From Bacteroidota bacterium (GTDB lineage: Bacteria > Bacteroidota > Bacteroidia > Chitinophagales > Chitinophagaceae), in NCBI GenBank assembly GCA_947448725.1, contig CANFOM010000012.1:6622-70621 (forward strand): a stretch of DNA of 64,000 nucleotides. The letters run 5' to 3'. The translations under genes were made by a program, and so were the position numbers. Shown piece after piece: positions 20,755 to 28,244 of this stretch. Below the pieces are notes generated by a model that saw only the letters and a program-made list of their open reading frames with translations, searched no databases and was not told the DNA's origin. Position 1 is the stretch's first letter. Every line of letters begins with the position of its first letter.

Positions 20755-21954
20755 TTAATTGAATTTTAAAGTGTGGTGTCCGAATTGTATTTTATCAGAA
20801 AGGTATTGTTGATTTTGTTCGGTGGAGGTAACAGCCACTTGTAAAACATCAAAATTAAAATTTGCTTTTTTGAGCGCCTTTACTTTTTCAGGGTTATTGC
20901 TCACTAAACTAAAATTGTTTATGCCAGAAGCCTTTAACATCCAAATAGCATCAAAATAATTTCTGTTATCCTTAGGCAAGCCTAATTTTTCATTGGCTTC
21001 ATAGGTATTATGCCCTTGTTCTTGTAATGAGTAGGCAGCAATTTTATTGCCAATACCAATACCTCTTCCTTCATGTCCTCTTAAATAAACGATATAGCCA
21101 TGCCCATTTTTTGCAATCAAGGCCAAGGAGTTATGCAATTGTTGTTGACAATCGCATCTTAAACTTCCAAAAACATCTCCTGTTAAACATTCGCTGTGAA
21201 TTCTAACAATAGGTTTGTTTTGACTGGTGCGCATTGCAATTAATACCTGTTCTTTGCCTGTTAAATAATTTTCGAAAACTTCAATATCAAAATTGCCAAA
21301 TGAAGTGGGCAATGAGGATTTTGAAACAAAAAGCAAATGATTTTCTGTTTGATTTCGATAATCAATTATTTGCTGTATAGTAATTACTTTAAGTTCTAAT
21401 TTTTCAGCAAATTTAAAAAGGCCCTCTCTCCTCATCATATTACCTTCTTCATCCATTACTTCACAAATTATGGCAGCCGGTTCATGCCCAGTTAACTTAC
21501 ACAAATCCACTGCAGCTTCGGTATGGCCTTGTCTGGCCAATACTCCATTTACCTTTGATACCACTGGAAATAAATGTCCCGGTTTTATAAAATCATTCGG
21601 ATGGCTATTGGGATTTGCAATTTGAGCAGCGCTAATAGCGCGTTCTTTTGCTGAGATACCTGTGGTAATACCAAATGCAGCACTAGCATCAATGGAATCA
21701 TAGAAGGCAGTATGAAAAGGATCCAATTGATTCGATGGTACTGGAGATAAATTTAATCGATTGGCAATTTTAGCGTCAATAGCAATACATACCAATCCTT
21801 TAGCATTCGTTGCACAAAGATTTATTTTTTCTTGGGTGGCCGCATCGGCAGGAAAAACGATATCCCCTTCGTTTTCTCTAGACTCATCATCCACTACTAA
21901 AATTGGATTCCCATTTTTAAATGCCAATAAAGCATCCTCAATTGTATTAAACAT
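20755..21954 (-). CDS. ribBA: Bifunctional 3,4-dihydroxy-2-butanone-4-phosphate synthase / GTP cyclohydrolase II
   Basis: 399-aa ORF. The RibB part has DDESRENEGD and HTEAAVDL. The RibA part has RIHSECLTGDVFGSLRCDCQQQL and LRGHEGRGIGIGNK. Confidence 0.9.
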   Translation of the reverse strand: MFNTIEDALLAFKNGNPILVVDDESRENEGDIVFPADAATQEKINLCATNAKGLVCIAIDAKIANRLNLSPVPSNQLDPFHTAFYDSIDASAAFGITTGISAKERAISAAQIANPNSHPNDFIKPGHLFPVVSKVNGVLARQGHTEAAVDLCKLTGHEPAAIICEVMDEEGNMMRREGLFKFAEKLELKVITIQQIIDYRNQTENHLLFVSKSSLPTSFGNFDIEVFENYLTGKEQVLIAMRTSQNKPIVRIHSECLTGDVFGSLRCDCQQQLHNSLALIAKNGHGYIVYLRGHEGRGIGIGNKIAAYSLQEQGHNTYEANEKLGLPKDNRNYFDAIWMLKASGINNFSLVSNNPEKVKALKKANFNFDVLQVAVTSTEQNQQYLSDKIQFGHHTLKFN

Positions 21955-21955
21955 T

Positions 21956-22549
21956 TTATAGCGCTCTTTTATTTAATAATTTTTCAGTGTATTTAGCCAA
22001 TATGTCAAACTCTATATTCACTAAGTCCTTTATTTTCAATAAAGACATATTTGTTTTTTCTATGGTTACAGGGATGATACATAATTCAATGTCGTTTTCA
22101 ATAACATCATTAATGGTTAAGCTCACTCCATTAATGGCCACCGAACCTTTATACACTAAATATTTCGAAAAATATTCAGGTACTTGAATAGTGAAAAACC
22201 ATGCTTTTTCACCTGGTATAATTTTAGCAACTACAGCAGTAGTATCTACATGACCTAACACATAATGACCTCCCAAATAACCTGTGGGCTGCATGGGTAA
22301 TTCAATATTTATTTTGGCACCTTTTTTATAATACTTTATAATTGTTTTATCAATACTTTCAGTGGAGACATAAAAAAACAAATTAGGCCCCTCTATTTTA
22401 GTCACTGATAAGCAAGCACCATCTATAGCAACGCTGTCTCCAATATTTACTTTGGAAACAAATTTTGAAGCTTCAATAATTAATTCCCAACCTTGTTCAT
22501 TCGGTATAATATCCGCGATGATTCCGTTTGATACAATTCCTGTAAACAT
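21956..22549 (-). CDS. ribE: Riboflavin synthase (alpha chain)
   Basis: 197-aa ORF beginning MFTGIV. Internal duplication with GDSVAIDGACLSV and GSVAINGVSLTI. Confidence 0.9.
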   Translation of the reverse strand: MFTGIVSNGIIADIIPNEQGWELIIEASKFVSKVNIGDSVAIDGACLSVTKIEGPNLFFYVSTESIDKTIIKYYKKGAKINIELPMQPTGYLGGHYVLGHVDTTAVVAKIIPGEKAWFFTIQVPEYFSKYLVYKGSVAINGVSLTINDVIENDIELCIIPVTIEKTNMSLLKIKDLVNIEFDILAKYTEKLLNKRAL

Positions 22550-22591
22550 TTGCGTATTTCTTGGTAAATTTGAGCTGCAAAGATAATCTAA

Positions 22592-23704
22592 ATGACTTCA
22601 AGGGACTATTTACATAAAGCTTTTTTACTAGCGAAAGGCGCAAATCTTAAACAGATTAGACCCAACCCATTTGTGGGCGCTATTGTGGTGTCTCAAGATG
22701 GTGAAATTATAGGGGAAGGCTACCATCAAAAAGCAGGAGAAGCCCATGCAGAAGTATTTGCCATCCAAGCTGCATTGTTAAAGAACCTGGACTTATCTGA
22801 AGCTACTTTATACGTTACTTTGGAACCCTGTTCACATATTGGAAAAACACCCGCTTGTACTGATTTAATTATTCAACATAAAATTAAAAAAGTAGTGATA
22901 GGTTCTTTGGATCCGAATCCATTAGTTTCAGGAGCCAAAAAATTATTTGATCATGGGGTAATTGTTGAAACCATTATCACCCCTGAAATAGTTGAATTAA
23001 ATAATGTATTTAATATCAATCAAATAAAAAAAAGACCTAAATATATTTTAAAATCTGCAACTACCATCAACGGTCAAATAGCAGATAGATTTGGGAATAG
23101 TAAATGGATTTCTAATGCTAAAAGCAGGGCCTATGTACACGAATTTTTAAGAGCGAGGGTGGATGCAATTTTAACAACTGCTAAAACAATTATGAATGAC
23201 AATGCTTCCATGAACATAAGATTGGAAGGTACAGCACCTACTGAGTTAAATTTAATTGTAATTGATAAGCATTTAGATTTATTAAAAAAAGAAAATGAAC
23301 AGCTCCCTATTTTTTACAAAAGAATAAATTCAAAAATTTACTTAGTAACTGATAAATCCTTTGAGGGTAAATTAAGAACCGATGTTGAACTTATCAAAGT
23401 GGATATGCGTAATAAAAAAATCGACTTAACTCAATTAAGTAGCCAGCTTTTAAGCAAAAATATTTGTGAAGTGCTTATTGAAGGAGGTGGTGTCTTAAAC
23501 GCTTCCATGATTCAAGAAAAAATAGTAGATGAAGTATTTATGTTTATTTGCCCTAGTATCAATACGGATAGTAGCGCGCTCAATGCATATAGTTCAAATC
23601 AAGTACAAAAAATGGATGAGTTAATGAAATTATCTTTGTTAGAAACGAAAGTTTTTGATAATGATATATTACTAAAATATAAAGTGTTAATAACGAAAAG
23701 CTAG
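22592..23704 (+). CDS. ribD: Bifunctional diaminohydroxyphosphoribosylaminopyrimidine deaminase / 5-amino-6-(5-phosphoribosylamino)uracil reductase
   Basis: 370-aa ORF. Deaminase zinc motifs HAEVFAI and LEPCSHIGKTPAC. C-terminal reductase domain. Confidence 0.9.
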   Translation: MTSRDYLHKAFLLAKGANLKQIRPNPFVGAIVVSQDGEIIGEGYHQKAGEAHAEVFAIQAALLKNLDLSEATLYVTLEPCSHIGKTPACTDLIIQHKIKKVVIGSLDPNPLVSGAKKLFDHGVIVETIITPEIVELNNVFNINQIKKRPKYILKSATTINGQIADRFGNSKWISNAKSRAYVHEFLRARVDAILTTAKTIMNDNASMNIRLEGTAPTELNLIVIDKHLDLLKKENEQLPIFYKRINSKIYLVTDKSFEGKLRTDVELIKVDMRNKKIDLTQLSSQLLSKNICEVLIEGGGVLNASMIQEKIVDEVFMFICPSINTDSSALNAYSSNQVQKMDELMKLSLLETKVFDNDILLKYKVLITKS

Positions 23705-23882
23705 AATCAAAAATGCTTCTAAGAGTACCCTATTTCAACGATTTAAGGAAGATAACTAATTGATTATTAAGATTATGTGGGCTAACCAAAACATATTGAT
23801 AAATATTGCAAGGAGCTGATAGCAGAATTTTTATGATATTATTGGAAAAACTATTAAATTTAAATACAACAAAAATAAAAAA

Positions 23883-24185
23883 ATGAAAAAGTATCTAATG
23901 CTGTTTGTAGTGGTTTTATCTTTTACCGCTGCTCATTCTATGGACAAAGGAAAATGGACTGGATTTATTGGTGATGATGATTGCGGAAAAAAAGGCAATA
24001 ATAAAGGACACGCAGATTGCGCCAAGAGCTGTATCAAAGGTGGTGCTAAACCTGTTTTTGTAATTGGTGATAAAGTTTATAAAATTAGCAACCCTAAAAA
24101 AGTAGATAGTTTCATCGGCGATGAAGTAACTATTACTGGAACTCTTACAAACGATGTATTAGAAATCGAAACAATTAATAAATAA
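23883..24185 (+). CDS. Small secreted 3-Cys protein; function unknown
   Basis: 100-aa ORF with a signal peptide and the motif DDDCGKKG..HADCAKSCIKGG. Lies 3 nt upstream of the next gene. Confidence 0.5.
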   Translation: MKKYLMLFVVVLSFTAAHSMDKGKWTGFIGDDDCGKKGNNKGHADCAKSCIKGGAKPVFVIGDKVYKISNPKKVDSFIGDEVTITGTLTNDVLEIETINK

Positions 24186-24188
24186 AAT

Positions 24189-24689
24189 ATGAATAAATTT
24201 TTCCTATCGCTGTTTTTTGTAGTTATTTACTTAACTGCTTGTAATAATCAAACCAATAATATTGGAAATACGAAATCAACTGTAAACTTGGATTCCTTAG
24301 CGTCTATTGCTGCTATCCTAAAAGCCGATAATGCATGGGATAGTGTGTCAGCACTAAACTCTGCAGATGGTTGGTTAAGTTTTTATACCGATGATGCCAT
24401 TATGATGCCGCCCGGTGAGAAAGTTTGTTTAGACAAAGCCTCTAGAGCCGTTTCTATAAAAAATATGTTTGCCACTCCTGGTGCAAATATGAGGTTTCAA
24501 GCAACCAAAACGGAAGTGGCTAGTTCGGGAGAACTTGGTTACAGTACTGGCGCGTATCAATTTAAATTTAAAGATGCAACAGGAAAAGATGCTCTTGAAA
24601 CTGGGAAATTCTGCGAAACCTGGAAAAAACAATCCGACGGTTCTTGGAAATGTATTGCTGATATTTGGAATGCAGATCCTGCAAAATAG
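24189..24689 (+). CDS. NTF2-like / DUF4440 (SnoaL-like) lipoprotein
   Basis: 166-aa ORF. Lipoprotein signal (YLTACNN). C-terminal WKKQSDGSWKCIADIWN is typical of DUF4440-type proteins. Confidence 0.6.
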   Translation: MNKFFLSLFFVVIYLTACNNQTNNIGNTKSTVNLDSLASIAAILKADNAWDSVSALNSADGWLSFYTDDAIMMPPGEKVCLDKASRAVSIKNMFATPGANMRFQATKTEVASSGELGYSTGAYQFKFKDATGKDALETGKFCETWKKQSDGSWKCIADIWNADPAK

Positions 24690-24732
24690 TAGCGATAAGA
24701 TTACTATTAACTCTTACTATTTTTAATAGCAT

Positions 24733-24770
24733 AAAAAAGGGACTAACTTAAATGGTTAGTCCCTTTTTTT
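24733..24770. terminator. Bidirectional rho-independent terminator
   Basis: A6 tract, stem GGGACTAAC (24739-24747), 7-nt loop, stem GTTAGTCCC (24755-24763), T7 tract. Lies between convergent genes. Confidence 0.8.
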
Positions 24771-24786
24771 AATTAGAAGATAAGTT

Positions 24787-26226
24787 TTAGCTTCCTAATT
24801 TTATTACAAAAGTACTCAAGGACTGTTTCGAAATTGAATAGCTCAATTGATGATCCTTAACCATACTGGCCTCTATTTTTTTACAATCCTCCGAAGGTGA
24901 AGTGCGGTATAATACTGGGGTAAAAGTGGATTGAGTAAACTTACTCAAGTCAATTTTTATAGGCTTATCCGTGTCTGAGGTATTAAGTAACGCAATTACT
25001 AATTCATTCTTCAAAGGATCTAAAGCCGCCAACACTTGATCGTTCCCAGTTTCAATCATAGTATACCCACGCTTAAAAAATCGGGTAAGCTGCATTCTTA
25101 CATAATAATTTTTTAATATTTCATAAGTTTGGCCTTTAAAATCGCATATCAACAAGCCCCACTCTTTATTCCCTTCTTCCATTAATTGCCAGTCTATCCA
25201 AGCAGAGGGTTTCATATAACGCAGATCGTTGAAAATCTTTTGAGTAAATAAAAGACTGCTTTGTAATGCAATACCGCCATCAGGACCTGATTCTGAAACC
25301 CAAAGTGGTTTTCCAACTTCAGCCACCAATTTAGCTACATTTACCCTCTCTTCATTTGTGCCCGCATAGGTATGGGTATTTAAATTAATGACTTTATCGA
25401 AAATTTTATTGTCAGCTTTATAAATATTCATCACTGTCAAAAACTGATTTAAATTAGTTTCATCTGAAACAGCTAATTGCGTAGACAGGTTTGAATTTTT
25501 TAATACTGGATATAAAGTATTGATAACATTCATTTGAGACTGCGGCTCAAAGTGACAACCTTCCTGTGACCCTTCATAATACCAATATTGTGAAAAGGAT
25601 TCATTGAAAGGTTCTAGGGTTCTAAATTTTACACCATAATTATCATAATAGTGTTTACAAACGTCTACTAAATAATTTGAAAAAGCTAAGTAGTTTTTAG
25701 GATCTAAGTTTTCTTTAGTGTTTCTGTCCGCACCTGCACCAGCAGAACAACCACTAATGGTCATCCAATAAGGGGGAGAATTTGAGAAGGCCTCGAAGAT
25801 GGCATCGGAACGAGCGTCTTTTATTTTTAATAAAATATTTCTTTGTGCTTTGTCTGCATCCCAATTGTAAGGGGCTGTTGCAGAAGCTTTAAAACCTTCC
25901 ATTTCGGCACGCTTCCCTTTTCCGCTAGTCATATGTCCATTGGCATGTGCAGGATCATCTCCTCCACCAATATTATAACGGAAGATGTTCATATTCAATT
26001 TATCCGGATTGGTAAACAAATCAATAATGGTATTCACTTTTGTTTGATCCCAGGCACCCACTTGCCCAGCCCACCAGCATAAGGAACTTCCCCATCCTTC
26101 TATAGTTTGATAAGTTTTACTTGGATCTATAGTAACCACTTGCTCAGAAGGAGTTGCCTCTGCTTGTTTGGTTGTACAATAAATAGTGGATGCTAGAATA
26201 AGGGTTAAAATAAGTACTCTTTTCAT
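24787..26226 (-). CDS. Glycoside hydrolase family 30-like (glucosylceramidase/beta-1,6-glycanase fold), secreted
   Basis: 479-aa ORF with a signal peptide. N-terminal IEGWGSSLCWWA and overall GH30-like pattern (EPFNE.., SESGP). Confidence 0.7.
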   Translation of the reverse strand: MKRVLILTLILASTIYCTTKQAEATPSEQVVTIDPSKTYQTIEGWGSSLCWWAGQVGAWDQTKVNTIIDLFTNPDKLNMNIFRYNIGGGDDPAHANGHMTSGKGKRAEMEGFKASATAPYNWDADKAQRNILLKIKDARSDAIFEAFSNSPPYWMTISGCSAGAGADRNTKENLDPKNYLAFSNYLVDVCKHYYDNYGVKFRTLEPFNESFSQYWYYEGSQEGCHFEPQSQMNVINTLYPVLKNSNLSTQLAVSDETNLNQFLTVMNIYKADNKIFDKVINLNTHTYAGTNEERVNVAKLVAEVGKPLWVSESGPDGGIALQSSLLFTQKIFNDLRYMKPSAWIDWQLMEEGNKEWGLLICDFKGQTYEILKNYYVRMQLTRFFKRGYTMIETGNDQVLAALDPLKNELVIALLNTSDTDKPIKIDLSKFTQSTFTPVLYRTSPSEDCKKIEASMVKDHQLSYSISKQSLSTFVIKLGS

Positions 26227-26268
26227 AAGATAAATTTAAACTGACTAATTAAAATAAATATAAATTAT

Positions 26269-27372
26269 TTAAAAAGTAAAATCAGGTAGGTCTATTTTAA
26301 TACCGCCTTGCATGGCCGATTCATGAGCAAGTATTCCTACACAAGTAATATTAGCAGATTGTTTGGCATTAGGGAAAGGTGCTCTATTTTCATTTAAAGC
26401 ATTTAAAAACTCGTTCACTAAATGTGGATGAGAACCGCCATGACCCGAACCTTGAATAAAGGATAAATGTTGATTGCTATCCTCGTCATATACTCCCTTA
26501 GTGGTAAAGGATTGAATTTCTTTAGGTAATAAATGAGCATAGTCGGGAACAGCAACACGTTCGGGTATTTCGCCAACATGTATTACAGGTTGTTCGTGTT
26601 CCACCTGAGCCCACTCAAAACTTTTTTTAGAGCCATACACATCAAAGCTTTCTCTGTATTGTCGAGCGGTGTTAAAAAGAGAACGCGTTACTTCTCCAGC
26701 AATATCAGAATTTCTAAATTGTATATGACAACTTTCTACAGCAAATGGAGAATTGTATTTTGAAATTAAGTTTTCATCAATTCGGCCCGATCCCACACAG
26801 GAAACAGAGCTGGCTTCTTTGCCAATTAATCCAACAATAGGACCCACGCAATGGGTGGCATAATGCATTGGAGGCAAGCCTTCCCAATAGCCTGGCCATC
26901 CTGCCATTTCTTGTTGATGGGAAGCACGGATAAATTGTATTTTACCTAAGTCTCCTTTGGTAAATAATTCTTTTACAAATAAATATTCACGACTAAACAC
27001 CACCGTCTCCATCATCATATAGGTTTTGCCACTTTTTTGAGCAGCTTCCACAATTAACCTACACTCTTCCACCGTAGTTGCCATTGGAACTGTACAAGCC
27101 ACATGCTTTCCAGCATTCAAGGCTTTAATAGTTTGTTCGGCATGACTTTGAATGGGTGTATTGATGTGCACTGCGTCAATGGCAGGGTCTTTTAATAGTT
27201 CATCATAATCCGAAAATCTTTTTTCAATATTAAACGCATCTCCAATAGCCTTTAACTTGGCTTCATCTCTTTGACATATGGCATACATATTAGCCAATGG
27301 ATGTTTTTGGTAAATAGGAATAAATTCAGCACCAAAGCCTAATCCTACAATAGCGATATTCATTTTTTTCAT
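26269..27372 (-). CDS. Gfo/Idh/MocA family oxidoreductase
   Basis: 367-aa ORF with IAIVGLGFGAEFIPIY Rossmann start. Lies 5 nt downstream of the TIM-barrel gene. Confidence 0.85.
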   Translation of the reverse strand: MKKMNIAIVGLGFGAEFIPIYQKHPLANMYAICQRDEAKLKAIGDAFNIEKRFSDYDELLKDPAIDAVHINTPIQSHAEQTIKALNAGKHVACTVPMATTVEECRLIVEAAQKSGKTYMMMETVVFSREYLFVKELFTKGDLGKIQFIRASHQQEMAGWPGYWEGLPPMHYATHCVGPIVGLIGKEASSVSCVGSGRIDENLISKYNSPFAVESCHIQFRNSDIAGEVTRSLFNTARQYRESFDVYGSKKSFEWAQVEHEQPVIHVGEIPERVAVPDYAHLLPKEIQSFTTKGVYDEDSNQHLSFIQGSGHGGSHPHLVNEFLNALNENRAPFPNAKQSANITCVGILAHESAMQGGIKIDLPDFTF

Positions 27373-27377
27373 ACTTT

Positions 27378-28238
27378 TTATTTAAATGTTTTTTTCATAA
27401 AATCCAATCCTTGTTGAGCAAATATTTCTTGGCTAGCTGCTAGTGGTTTCCAAATACAAACCGCTTCCGCTAATTGTTGATTCATGGGCGTGAAACTTTC
27501 TAAACTAATCATCCCTTGATAATTTATTTTATTAAGCCCAGTTGCGTAATCGTTCCAAGGCGTTATACCCGTACCAGGTATTCCTCTGTGATTTTCGGAA
27601 ATTTGCATATGAATTAAGTTGTCACCTGCTTGCAAAATAGCCTCCAGCGGATTTTTTTCCTCAATATTCATATGAAAGCTATCTAAACTAATTTTTGCAG
27701 CTGGATGATTGATTTCTTTAACCAGTTGGCAAACATCTGCAGCACTGTTTACTAAATCAGATTCGAAACGGTTAATGGGCTCAATCGCCAATTGGCAATG
27801 ATGTTGCGCTGCCATCTCACAAGCGATGCGCACATTTTTTACTGCCAAGTCCCACTCTTTTTTTCTATCAACGGGCGATAACATTCTACGCTTACCCACT
27901 GCCGAATACATAGGACCAGCCAAAAAATTGGTATCCCATTGATTACACAATTTTAAACAGGCTTCAATATAATCAAAGCACTCTTGATGAATGGCTGGGT
28001 CATTACTGGTTAAATCTCTCGAGGTACCAAAAGCGCCACATACCACCGCTGTTAAATTATACTTGCGTAAAGCATTTGCTACTTTTTCAGCATCAATTTG
28101 CTGGGGGTCTTCCACAGCAATTTCTATTGCATCATATCCCAATTGTGCCACTTTTTCAAAAATAGGCTCAATACTTTGTGTAGTAAATGGCGAAACAAAT
28201 AACCAACTACTTACCCCTAATTTATATTTTCCTGACAT
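27378..28238 (-). CDS. Sugar phosphate isomerase/epimerase (xylose-isomerase-like TIM barrel)
   Basis: 286-aa ORF. Family pattern ..YDAIEI.., ..LAIEPINRFE.., ..HMQISENHRG... Confidence 0.8.
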   Translation of the reverse strand: MSGKYKLGVSSWLFVSPFTTQSIEPIFEKVAQLGYDAIEIAVEDPQQIDAEKVANALRKYNLTAVVCGAFGTSRDLTSNDPAIHQECFDYIEACLKLCNQWDTNFLAGPMYSAVGKRRMLSPVDRKKEWDLAVKNVRIACEMAAQHHCQLAIEPINRFESDLVNSAADVCQLVKEINHPAAKISLDSFHMNIEEKNPLEAILQAGDNLIHMQISENHRGIPGTGITPWNDYATGLNKINYQGMISLESFTPMNQQLAEAVCIWKPLAASQEIFAQQGLDFMKKTFK

Positions 28239-28244
28239 GAAATA

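Noticed and set aside
22550-22591. FMN (RFN) riboswitch controlling the rib genes
   Set aside because: The divergent spacer is only 42 nt and has none of the conserved RFN helices. No other non-coding space is adjacent to the rib genes.
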